Source of the DNA: Minisyncoccia bacterium
GTDB taxonomy: Bacteria; Patescibacteriota; Minisyncoccia; Phycocordibacterales; UBA918
Direction: 5' to 3'
Length of the DNA stretch: 56,836 nt
Assembly: GCA_964229335.1 (NCBI GenBank)
Contig: CAXRCZ010000013.1
Location: forward strand, 1 to 56,836
This document shows, in pieces, positions 17,731 to 26,717 of the stretch; the stretch's first letter is position 1, and each line of letters starts with the position of its first letter. The position numbers and the translations under genes are program-made. Below the pieces are notes generated by a model. The model was not told where the DNA came from, searched no databases, and saw only the letters and a list, made by a program, of their open reading frames with translations.

Positions 17731-19251
17731 TCAGCTGCCGGCTTTTACGTTGTCTTCTTCAACTATCTCCCAATCAGACATGGTATCGGTGGTTCGATTT
17801 GCCAAGTATCTTTGGTGCGCATACCAGCAGAGTGGCACAAGAATGTAACTGGCTACTACCCACCAGACGGAAAATGCTGGTAGCGTAAGGGTGGCAAATG
17901 GTAGCGCAGCAAACCACGTCGCTATCGCGATGATATACAACAGCGATAACTGCGCTATCGCCCCAAATGTCGCCACGAGCCAAGGTATAGTCATGAATAC
18001 AATGGCACTTACAAAAGCTAAGAACATAGCTACCGGTACCATCGGTAGTACCAGCACGTTCACTAACACTGCTACTACCGATACTTGACCAATGTGATAT
18101 AGCAGCAAAGGTAAAACGGCGATTTGCGTAGCTAGCGTGGCGAAAAAGAATTCTCGGAAGTAGATGGTGCCTTGGCTGGTTTGGCTGAGCACCATCTCAA
18201 ATCGCGGCACGATGAGTACCAAGCCGAGCGTGGCCATAAAGGAGAGTTGAAAGCCAATGTCATAGATAAGTACATAAGGATTAACTACTACCATCAATAA
18301 CCCAGCCAAGAACAAAGCCCTGACCACATGATACGAACGAGAGAAAAGTTGCGAGAGTAATACCAGACTGGCCATGATACTAGCACGAACTACTGTCGCA
18401 GAAAGACCCACCAAGAGCGCAAAGCCCACAATCGCCACGAGACCAAAGATGATTCGACTGCGAAGTCCCAAAAAGAGACTAAGTATCGTCATAATAAAGG
18501 CTACGACCAACATCACGTTGTAGCCAGAGAGTACGACAATATGAGTCAGACCAGAAGCTTGAAAGGCGGTTTCTAATTGTTCACCGAGTGACTGTTTCAT
18601 CCCCAGCAACAAACCCTTGGCCAAGCCGCCCGATGGTTCTTGAAGACTGTTGTCGATACCGGTGACGAGCGACTGTTTGATAGTGAATAAAGTCGCTAAG
18701 ACTGGATTACCATTATCCCCGCTCAGTACTGCAATATCAGCGAATGACACTCGATGAGTCACTCCACGAGCCAGTAAATATCCTGGATAATCAAACGTAC
18801 GACCAAATTCGGTAGCAAATTCCTCCGGTCGCTCTATTACACCAGATACCAACAGCTCATCGCCGTACGATACGTCGCTATAGCGATCAATCGTGACTAG
18901 TATCAGTTCTTCACCATGTTCTATGTATAGATGGGTGGTGGTTTCGCGGCGATCTGGTTCTCGTACTACAGTTCCAGAAAAAACTACCTCTTGTCCTTCA
19001 ACTGAATCAAATTGCGATGTGGTGAATTGCTGACTATGCCAATCAGTTCGTGCCATCCCCAGAGCGGTAGCGAGAAGGAAACAACCAGCAACCAAAATCC
19101 ATTTAGTAGCTGGAGTGGTAGCGCTTCGATACGCCACCACGGCCACTACTACACCAAGCAATAATCCCCAACATATGACTGCCAGTGGTAGCGGTGTCAC
19201 TGTCTGCCACGCTACACCGACGGCAAAGGCTCCGATAAGCCAATAATACAT
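17731..19251 (-). CDS. comEC: ComEC/Rec2 DNA uptake channel (OB and competence domains)
   Basis: GLTHIVVLSGYNV, VVRASIM, GFQLSFMAT; start reassigned to MYYWLIG, 7 nt after TATACT. Confidence 0.93.
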   Translation of the reverse strand: MYYWLIGAFAVGVAWQTVTPLPLAVICWGLLLGVVVAVVAYRSATTPATKWILVAGCFLLATALGMARTDWHSQQFTTSQFDSVEGQEVVFSGTVVREPDRRETTTHLYIEHGEELILVTIDRYSDVSYGDELLVSGVIERPEEFATEFGRTFDYPGYLLARGVTHRVSFADIAVLSGDNGNPVLATLFTIKQSLVTGIDNSLQEPSGGLAKGLLLGMKQSLGEQLETAFQASGLTHIVVLSGYNVMLVVAFIMTILSLFLGLRSRIIFGLVAIVGFALLVGLSATVVRASIMASLVLLSQLFSRSYHVVRALFLAGLLMVVVNPYVLIYDIGFQLSFMATLGLVLIVPRFEMVLSQTSQGTIYFREFFFATLATQIAVLPLLLYHIGQVSVVAVLVNVLVLPMVPVAMFLAFVSAIVFMTIPWLVATFGAIAQLSLLYIIAIATWFAALPFATLTLPAFSVWWVVASYILVPLCWYAHQRYLANRTTDTMSDWEIVEEDNVKAGS

Positions 19252-19324
19252 TATAGACAGTATACAAAACGACCGAGCCTGTAGCCCGGTCGTTGTTTCG
19301 CGTTGCACGGTAGGGAAAGCAATT

Positions 19325-19618
19325 TCACCCAGCTGCCACCGAGACCTTGGTCTCGATCTTCGATTGATTATTCTTGGGTCTACCCAAATCCTTCAGGTAA
19401 AGATTGAGCCTCTGCAGCTGGGGTCGAATTGCTTCGGCATGACAGCAATTCCGCTTAAGCTTCTTGAGGTAAACCAGTAGCTTGCGGCGAAGCGATTGAC
19501 ATTCCTCACGAGTAAACTCATGTGCTGCCTCGTATATTGCTTTGATGATCTGTGCTTGCCTTTTTGCATCTTTGTTGGGCAAATCACCAATCAATTCTTT
19601 AGCTGTAGCGTACTCCAT
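19325..19618 (-). CDS. Orphan basic 97-aa protein
   Basis: TTGTAA-16-TATTCT promoter, SD aagggag, terminator aacgaccgggc...gctcggtcgtttt. Confidence 0.7.
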   Translation of the reverse strand: MEYATAKELIGDLPNKDAKRQAQIIKAIYEAAHEFTREECQSLRRKLLVYLKKLKRNCCHAEAIRPQLQRLNLYLKDLGRPKNNQSKIETKVSVAAG

Positions 19619-19746
19619 CCGAACTCCCTTTCTAGCGGTATGGGAACTTATACCAATGGTGGAGAATACCAAAGAATTGTCATTTTACAAGCTATTTTAA
19701 TAACAAAAGGGTCGCCGTAGCGACCCCAAGTTGTGGCTCTGACTGC

Positions 19747-19908
19747 CTAAGTAGTAAAGGTACAGTTATCTCCCAAGAAGGGTTCAGAGTATGTCCCGAC
19801 CCCCTTTTGGTGATTGGGAGCCGACTTGGATTGGTCGTGCTCAGACACTGGCTGAGCAAGCGGTATGCTTTTGACCAATTCGGTTTTCTCCTGTTGCAAG
19901 TCAGGCAT
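19747..19908 (-). CDS. Orphan 53-aa protein MPDLQQEKTELVKS...
   Basis: Own translation; TATAGT, SD aaggag 7 nt before ATG, terminator gggtcgctacggcgaccctttt. Confidence 0.55.
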   Translation of the reverse strand: MPDLQQEKTELVKSIPLAQPVSEHDQSKSAPNHQKGVGTYSEPFLGDNCTFTT

Positions 19909-19968
19909 CGTACATCTCCTTCTGACACCATTTTTACTATAGCAGAGCGCCTGTCGGTTTATGGAGAG

Positions 19969-20385
19969 TTATGCATCAAGAGCTTTGTTGACGAGACGGT
20001 CAGCTTCTTTGTTTTTTTCCCGCGGGACATGAGTCAACGTTAGATTGGGAAAAGTCGAAACGCGCAGGTTATGAATTTCGATAAAGATAGGGACGAGACC
20101 TGGTTCTTTGATTTGGTATTCGTTGTTGAGCTGTTTTTTAACCAACTCACTATCCATCCTAATTTCGACGTTAGTTTCTTTAGTTTTCTTGCCCAAGACC
20201 TCTTTAGCTACTTGCATACCACGTAGGACTGCCATGTATTCAGCGTAATTATTAGTGGCGTTACCAATCTTTTCAGCTACTTCTTGGAGGACGTTGCCGT
20301 CGCCGTCTTGAATCTGCGCTCCGATGGCAGCTGGTCCAGGATTGCCTCTAGAGCCCCCGTCAGTGTAGATGAGTATTTTTTCCAT
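19969..20385 (-). CDS. rnhA: Ribonuclease HI (archaeal/actinobacterial-type family)
   Basis: YTDGGSRGNPGPA, TNNYAEY, DSELV, HVPREKNKEADRL. Confidence 0.93.
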   Translation of the reverse strand: MEKILIYTDGGSRGNPGPAAIGAQIQDGDGNVLQEVAEKIGNATNNYAEYMAVLRGMQVAKEVLGKKTKETNVEIRMDSELVKKQLNNEYQIKEPGLVPIFIEIHNLRVSTFPNLTLTHVPREKNKEADRLVNKALDA

Positions 20386-20417
20386 GCCTTAAGCCTAACA
20401 GATAAGCCCGTGAATGC

Positions 20418-20636
20418 CTAAGCATTCACGGGCTCCCCCAAAGGACTGGGTTGGATTTGGTACTTTCGCGACCGCTCACCTATTGTCACGGTGACACTAT
20501 CCGAGGTAGCTCCGATAATTAGCAGTCTGTTTTCTTTGTCGAGCACCAAAATATCGCGACCGAACTCAGAAGTGATTTTCACCTTAAGAGTCGCGTTAAT
20601 CAGGTAATCACCCGGCTTAAGTTTCAGGTTCGACAC
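20418..20636 (-). CDS. Orphan 72-aa protein
   Basis: SD aaggagga, GTG start; 12-bp hairpin gcccgtgaatgc around the stop. Confidence 0.65.
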   Translation of the reverse strand: MSNLKLKPGDYLINATLKVKITSEFGRDILVLDKENRLLIIGATSDSVTVTIGERSRKYQIQPSPLGEPVNA

Positions 20637-20678
20637 GGTAAATCCTCCTTTTCATCTAGGCTGAAAATTATATTAGTT

Positions 20679-22361
20679 CTATAAAATGTCAACGATACGT
20701 AAGCGTAGTTGCGCTCGGCCCATAAAAAACGATTTCTCGGCGTGAGCAATCAGCGTATGTGTTTCATCAACTTTCGGTGCTTTCTTGTAACTGGTCGGTG
20801 CCGCAAAAAAAGCAATCGCCTCGAGGGTTCCAGTTGGGTGTTGATACTTCAACTTTAGATGTTCTTTGCCTTTACCAAAGGTTTCGACTAATTCTGGTTG
20901 CACATCTTTAAAAGCAAAGAGTGGTTTGGGGTTGCCTGTGCCATAGGGCGCTAATCGCTCCAGGTCTTTTATTAAACCGTCAGTTACATCAGAGAGTTGT
21001 AAGTATTCATCAATTAAAAGCTCTGGTTCATGCTCGATTGCGGCTTTGTTTTCTTCAAATACTTCCTGCAAGCGTTGTGCGAAAGTATGAATATGTTCGT
21101 CTTTGACAGTAAATCCACCGGAAGCATGGTGACCGCCATGCTCAACAAACAGTTCGTTGGCTGCGTTCATTAGTTCCACCACACTGGCAGTGCCGCCTGA
21201 GCGGCAAGAGCCTTTGTACATTCCGTTACCGTCTTTGCCCCAAATGAACACTGGCCGTTGGTGTTCTTCCGCTAACTTGTTAGCGGCCAAGCCAACCAAC
21301 GACGGTCGCCAGTCAGGACTCCCGAACACTAGCACTGATGGTACTTCAGTGAGCTTTTTTAGTCGTTGATGTAACTGTCGAGTCATGACCGCTACCGTGC
21401 TCTTGCGTTCTTTGTTAAGGTCTTCGAGCCGATTAAGTCGTTCGCCAGCTTTGACGACATCTTTGGTCGCCAGTAGTTCAAACGCATCTTCTGGTGTATC
21501 CATACGCGAGGCCGCATTAATGCGCGGACCGATAGAGAAACCAATATCTTCCTCGGATAAGAAGCTTTGGTTGATTCTTTGTTTACGAAGTAACTGCTGT
21601 ATGCCGGGTCGGCGTGACTTTCGAAGGACTGTCAGTCCGTACTGGGCCAAGACCCGGTTCTCACCTCGCAACGGTACCATGTCAGCGATGGTGGCTATAC
21701 CGACCATGTCTAACCACCATTTTTCTTGCCCAGGAACAAGACTGTGAGATGTGGCAGACAGCATTGCTTGTGCCAACTTATACGCTACAGCTGCGCCACA
21801 GAGATGCGGGAACGGATACTCTCCTAACTTGGGGTTTACGATAGCTACTGCTGGCGGTAGTTCATCAGCCGGTTCGTGATGGTCAGTAACAATAATATCT
21901 ATTCCTTTTTCTTTCGCATATTCCACCACCTCGACATCATTGGTACCGCAATCAATTGTAATCACCAACTTCACACCGTCTGCTGCTAGCTTATCAATGG
22001 CTACTGAAGATAGGCCAAACCCCTCGTAATGTCGATGAGGAATGTAGTTTTGAAAGTTGTCGTACTCTAAAGCTTTAAAAAGGTCATGAAGAATAACGGC
22101 GCCTGGAATACCATCGCAATCATAATCACTGAAAATAGCAATTTGCTCTTGGTTGTCGATGGCGGCTTTTATTCGTTCTACTGCCACCGGCATGTCTGAC
22201 AAGAGGAATGGGTCGTGTAGCTCAGTATCGTAATCAGGTGATAAAAAAGAATGTACCTCTTCTGGTGATACCTCGCGATTAGCTAACAATCGATTAACTA
22301 ATGGTGAGGCATTGGGAGAAATTTGTGAAGTTTTGGTATCAGGAAAGACGTATCGAGCCAT
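20679..22361 (-). CDS. recJ: ssDNA exonuclease RecJ
   Basis: DYDCDG, ITIDCG, TDHH, ADMVPL, PRINAASR, GSCRS, GGH. Confidence 0.96.
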   Translation of the reverse strand: MARYVFPDTKTSQISPNASPLVNRLLANREVSPEEVHSFLSPDYDTELHDPFLLSDMPVAVERIKAAIDNQEQIAIFSDYDCDGIPGAVILHDLFKALEYDNFQNYIPHRHYEGFGLSSVAIDKLAADGVKLVITIDCGTNDVEVVEYAKEKGIDIIVTDHHEPADELPPAVAIVNPKLGEYPFPHLCGAAVAYKLAQAMLSATSHSLVPGQEKWWLDMVGIATIADMVPLRGENRVLAQYGLTVLRKSRRPGIQQLLRKQRINQSFLSEEDIGFSIGPRINAASRMDTPEDAFELLATKDVVKAGERLNRLEDLNKERKSTVAVMTRQLHQRLKKLTEVPSVLVFGSPDWRPSLVGLAANKLAEEHQRPVFIWGKDGNGMYKGSCRSGGTASVVELMNAANELFVEHGGHHASGGFTVKDEHIHTFAQRLQEVFEENKAAIEHEPELLIDEYLQLSDVTDGLIKDLERLAPYGTGNPKPLFAFKDVQPELVETFGKGKEHLKLKYQHPTGTLEAIAFFAAPTSYKKAPKVDETHTLIAHAEKSFFMGRAQLRLRIVDIL

Positions 22362-22373
22362 AAAAGTACTGCT

Positions 22374-22383
22374 ATGGTACCAT
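22374..22383. promoter_or_regulatory. Palindromic -10 element shared by divergent recJ and HIT genes
   Basis: ATGGTACCAT gives TACCAT on both strands, 8 and 12 nt before the two ATGs. Confidence 0.55.
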
Positions 22384-22391
22384 GTCACAAA

Positions 22392-22790
22392 ATGAGTACT
22401 ATATTCACAAAAATTATAAACAGAGAAGTGCCTGGCTGGTTCTTATATGAGGATGATAAATATGCCGCCTTTTTAGACAAATTTCCAGCAGTTCAAGGAC
22501 AGGCAGTGGTTATTATTAAAAAGGAAATTCCTTATCTGTTTTCACTAACTGATGATGAATATTCGGGTCTACTCAAAGTCGCTAAGAAAGTGGCTTTGGC
22601 TATTGACAGAACCCTTACTACTGAGCGTACGTGCATGGTCGTAGAAGGTTTTGAAGTTCCTCATGTGCACATCAAGCTTTATCCTATGACCAAAGAAAAC
22701 AACTTGGTTGAGGTTATGGCAAATCAGTCAGAAGCAAGTGCCGAAGACCTAACAAACATAGCCGACAAAATTAAAAGACAGCTTACTTGA
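22392..22790 (+). CDS. HIT family nucleotide hydrolase
   Basis: STIFTKIINRE, AFLD, GFEVPHVHIKL (HxHxK variant). Confidence 0.9.
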   Translation: MSTIFTKIINREVPGWFLYEDDKYAAFLDKFPAVQGQAVVIIKKEIPYLFSLTDDEYSGLLKVAKKVALAIDRTLTTERTCMVVEGFEVPHVHIKLYPMTKENNLVEVMANQSEASAEDLTNIADKIKRQLT

Positions 22791-23898
22791 GCAAATCAAG
22801 TACTGGAGTGGTGCCGTCTTTTAAATACGTCAACATGGCACCGCCGCCAGTAGAAACGAAGCCAAAATTTTCGTATTGACCCAGTCTTTCGATAGACGCG
22901 ACAGTATCACCGCCGCCAATTACGGAGAAGCTATCTGAATCAGCAATCATTTTTACCGTTGTTTCCGTCGCTTCAACAAAGCCGTGTTCATAATCACCGA
23001 ACGGTCCATTCCAGAGAATCGTTTTGGCTGATTTAATATATTCTTCTAACATTGTGGTGGTGGCTGGACCAGCGTCGAGTATCTTTTCTTCCTTTGACAC
23101 TTCATTCGGAGCCACTGTTCGTACTCCATTTGGACCGTCTACTATCACATCGATTGGAAGAAGTACCTTCTCATCAGACAAAAGCGGACTATCGCTAGTG
23201 AGTGCTTCTGAATATAGAGAAGTACCTATCTCGTACCCGCGAGCTTTGAAAATATCGTTGGCTAAAGCACCGCCAATGAAGATGTGGTCATAGACTGAGA
23301 GATATTTTTCTGCCAGCGGAAACTTGGTAGTTGCTTTGGCTCCCCCCAACATAAATAACGAGGGTGCCGTAGGAATCATTACCTCTTGCAAATTACTGAT
23401 CTCTTCTGTCAAGTTGAGTCCGGCATAGGCTGGCAGGAGAGTAGTTAGTGCACTCATGGAGGCATGTTCGCGATGAATGTTAGCAAACGCATCATTTACG
23501 TAGATGTCTCCCAGGGCGGCAATCTCATGCGCGAAGCCTTCGTCGTTAGTTTTTTCTCTTGGATCTTGGCGCAGGTTCTCAGCCATCAAAATGTCGCCCG
23601 GAGACATCAATCTAAGGCGATCTATAAAAGGTTGCTCATTAATGACTCCGCCCCATTTGACCGGCAAGTGCGTCTCTAACAATCGACACACTGGTAGCAG
23701 ACTGTCCTCAGGATTACGTCCTATGTGTGCTATGAGAATTATTTTTGCTCCACATTCGTGCAAGTAGCGCAGCGTTGGCAGTGCTCGCATAATACGATAC
23801 GCACTCATTACTCTTCCATCGACTACTGGCACATTTAGCGATGCGCGTACTATCACCGTCGAACCTCGTAAATCAGTTAATTCAGTTATTTTTTTCAT
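22783..23898 (-). CDS. pgk: Phosphoglycerate kinase
   Basis: LNVP, ENLR, YVNDAF, GGAK, WNGP, GGGDT, STGGGA. Confidence 0.96.
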   Translation of the reverse strand: MKKITELTDLRGSTVIVRASLNVPVVDGRVMSAYRIMRALPTLRYLHECGAKIILIAHIGRNPEDSLLPVCRLLETHLPVKWGGVINEQPFIDRLRLMSPGDILMAENLRQDPREKTNDEGFAHEIAALGDIYVNDAFANIHREHASMSALTTLLPAYAGLNLTEEISNLQEVMIPTAPSLFMLGGAKATTKFPLAEKYLSVYDHIFIGGALANDIFKARGYEIGTSLYSEALTSDSPLLSDEKVLLPIDVIVDGPNGVRTVAPNEVSKEEKILDAGPATTTMLEEYIKSAKTILWNGPFGDYEHGFVEATETTVKMIADSDSFSVIGGGDTVASIERLGQYENFGFVSTGGGAMLTYLKDGTTPVLDLLK

Positions 23899-23900
23899 AG

Positions 23901-24653
23901 TTATTCTGCAGTGGCTCTGGCAATTGCCGCAAAATCTTTGACTTTAAGACTGGCGCCGCCCACAAGAAATCCATTCATACCACCCTCTTGGTGTAGTTCT
24001 TTGGCATTATGAGGTTTTACTGAACCTCCATATAGCAATCGAACCTTGCTGGCGGTATTTTTGTCGTATAGCTTGGTTAGGACACTCAAGATGAATAGCT
24101 GCATTTCTCTCACATCTTCAGCGGTGGCAGCGTCACCAGTACCAATTGCCCATATCGGCTCATAGGCGATGTTTATTTTCTTTATCTCGTTAGCATTAAA
24201 ACCAGAACTAAGTGATTTTATCTGCGCTTCTATGTGATTAAAAAAATCACCATGCTGATTGCGTTCACTTTCTCCGATACATACTACCGGATTGATTTTA
24301 GCTGCTAGCGCAGCTCGTATCTTGGCGTTGACTTCGTCATTACTCTCCCCCGCTGCTCGACGTTCAGAGTGGCCGATAATGACGTACTTTACTCCAATAT
24401 CCTTTAGTTGTTTGGCTGACACTTCGCCAGTGAAAGGCCCCAGCGGTTGCGTGGAAATATCTTGTGCCGCAAGAGCAACTGCTGAATTTTTGGTCAATTT
24501 GTCCTGCACCACTTGCAAATGCACAAATGTCGGAGCAATGGCCAGCTCAGCAGTTAGTCCTTTACTAGCTTTCTTAATCTCACTGGCTAATGTGACTGCT
24601 TGTTTACTGGTGGTAGGGTGAAGCTTCCAGTTACCGAGTACTAGCGTTTTCAT
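23901..24653 (-). CDS. tpiA: Triosephosphate isomerase
   Basis: GNWK, IGHSERR, AYEPIWAIGTG, LYGGSV, LVGGASL. Confidence 0.98.
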   Translation of the reverse strand: MKTLVLGNWKLHPTTSKQAVTLASEIKKASKGLTAELAIAPTFVHLQVVQDKLTKNSAVALAAQDISTQPLGPFTGEVSAKQLKDIGVKYVIIGHSERRAAGESNDEVNAKIRAALAAKINPVVCIGESERNQHGDFFNHIEAQIKSLSSGFNANEIKKINIAYEPIWAIGTGDAATAEDVREMQLFILSVLTKLYDKNTASKVRLLYGGSVKPHNAKELHQEGGMNGFLVGGASLKVKDFAAIARATAE

Positions 24654-24687
24654 ATAGTTAGTATGGTAGCACGATTGGCTCTACTAC

Positions 24688-26109
24688 TTACTGCTCTTCC
24701 CTCCACTCACTAAAGACATAGACATCTGAAGTGTTAGGAATTAATGGTGGAGGGTCGGCTACCAAGTTTCTATCATAACTATTGATACGCTCACGAAAAC
24801 CTGAAATAAACGAGCCGTTGCTGGTCCATTGCGTACCCACTCCGCCGTTAGACACAATGGTGCCAGTAATAGTAAGAGAATCTCGAGCAATATTTGGTCC
24901 ATACCATTTTGTTTCACGATAGTGATTTCTTCCAAAGCGACCGTTTTGAGCGATGAAAATTCCGTTTAATACCATATTGTTTGGCACTACAGGTCCGACT
25001 AGCACATTACCTTCGGCAATGGCTACTAGACCGTCTTCACTTGGGTCATCGTAGGTAATGTTATCGGACAGGATAATGTCAGGATCTTCTCCATTTGAGT
25101 CAGTGCCGGCTACTGCCACTGTCACTTTTTGATTTATTTCACCCTCAAGTAATATCTTGTCCTCGACAAAAACTAGCGGGCAGTCAGCATCAAGTGAGTA
25201 GGTGCCGTAATTCCATTCGAAAAGAGATATGTTTCTCTCATTAAACCAACCTTTATCGGGTGAATAGGCTTCGTATTCAAGTGCATAATATAATCTTCTC
25301 ACAGTTAAGGTGCCGTTGCTATTAAAAATTAATCTATACCCATTGCTATTTGAAGGGGGTATATATAGGCCGCCGTTATTCTGCGCACTGCTTTTCATAC
25401 CCGCCAAATCAATCAGCAAGTCAGTGAAATTTATCGGTGCAGCTGGGTAGGAAAAAAGTAACGGGTTAGCTTCGTCAGTAGTGGTAAATACTCCATCTCG
25501 TTGCTGATTTGGAGTACAGCCATATGAGGAGGTACAAGTCCACTCGGTAAGACCGCTGGTCACAGTGGAGTAATTGGTTCCGTCCATCCGGATACCTTGA
25601 TTAGAATGGTAGGGTCCATAGATTTCACGATCTTCACCGGCCCAGACGTTTGAATTAATTATATAGGCGTATTCAGCCACGGTGGGGCGCGCATATCGAG
25701 CACTGACCGTTCGCTGCACCTCAGGCTGACTATAGGTGTAGCCAGTTGATGAAACATCGATTGAACTCAATTGCCCGCAAAAGCTGTTACTGGTGATATC
25801 AAGCGAAAATTCACCGATTGCTCCCAGTTCCGGATCTTCGTATTGATGAACGTATGGACCAGGTTCACCAGTGCCATTAGTCGTATCGTCGGGATAGTGG
25901 GCCAAGTACCACTTGTAGTAATTTAACCCTGCCTCAGCTATATCTGACGCTTTTTCAAGTTGGTAGCGCTGTTCGACTACTTGGTTATCACTGATAATAA
26001 ACCCGATAAAAGCCACTGAGATAGTAAAAAATATCGCACCAAAAATCAGCGCTAGGATGAGTAGATAGCCGGTCTGCTTGTGACTGATTTTTGATTCGAG
26101 TTGATTCAT
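24688..26109 (-). CDS. PilX/K-like minor pilin (no Glu5)
   Basis: QTG|YLLILALIF, later IAEAGL; last gene of the pil cluster. Confidence 0.8.
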   Translation of the reverse strand: MNQLESKISHKQTGYLLILALIFGAIFFTISVAFIGFIISDNQVVEQRYQLEKASDIAEAGLNYYKWYLAHYPDDTTNGTGEPGPYVHQYEDPELGAIGEFSLDITSNSFCGQLSSIDVSSTGYTYSQPEVQRTVSARYARPTVAEYAYIINSNVWAGEDREIYGPYHSNQGIRMDGTNYSTVTSGLTEWTCTSSYGCTPNQQRDGVFTTTDEANPLLFSYPAAPINFTDLLIDLAGMKSSAQNNGGLYIPPSNSNGYRLIFNSNGTLTVRRLYYALEYEAYSPDKGWFNERNISLFEWNYGTYSLDADCPLVFVEDKILLEGEINQKVTVAVAGTDSNGEDPDIILSDNITYDDPSEDGLVAIAEGNVLVGPVVPNNMVLNGIFIAQNGRFGRNHYRETKWYGPNIARDSLTITGTIVSNGGVGTQWTSNGSFISGFRERINSYDRNLVADPPPLIPNTSDVYVFSEWREEQ

Positions 26110-26717
26110 AAGTTGTCTTTCAAGTTCCTTGGCGCCACACTGCTCCGCAACAAAAATTCACCTGGAGAACGAAGTGGGTCAATATTCACAATGATTTGCG
26201 CTTGGATATACCGCACATCTGTGAGCGAATCTTCACCGCTTAATTGTGTTCCTTCATTATCATAATAATAGAACGTTGAGGTGGCTTGTTCTATATTTTG
26301 CACATACTCTGAGAGAGTGTCGATTTCGTCTGGAGTAGTGAAATCGTAACTTGGAGGAGAACCAGTTGGGTTGTGGGTGTATTTGTAAAAAGTAGTTGTA
26401 GCTAGTTCGTACTCGACGTATTCAACATTATCGTCTTTGTCGATATCACTATAAAACCCAAATCGGTTGTTTTCCAATATTCTAATTGGGTACGAGCCTT
26501 CTTCCCCATAGGTCATTTCGCGAACATCTTGGGTAAGAACATACAATCCTCGTCTGGCTTCAGCCACCTCATCAGCCTGAGCAAATGTATATGAATTGTT
26601 TTGGTAGATTGATTGGATACTAGTAAACAACACTAGCGACAAAACAGTGTAGATTCCTGACACCACCAACACTTCTACCAAGGTCATTCCAAAAGATTTG
26701 CTAGTAGGGTATTTCAT
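26106..26717 (-). CDS. Type IV minor pilin (PilW/J-like)
   Basis: Prepilin motif FG|MTLVEVLVV. Confidence 0.88.
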   Translation of the reverse strand: MKYPTSKSFGMTLVEVLVVSGIYTVLSLVLFTSIQSIYQNNSYTFAQADEVAEARRGLYVLTQDVREMTYGEEGSYPIRILENNRFGFYSDIDKDDNVEYVEYELATTTFYKYTHNPTGSPPSYDFTTPDEIDTLSEYVQNIEQATSTFYYYDNEGTQLSGEDSLTDVRYIQAQIIVNIDPLRSPGEFLLRSSVAPRNLKDNL

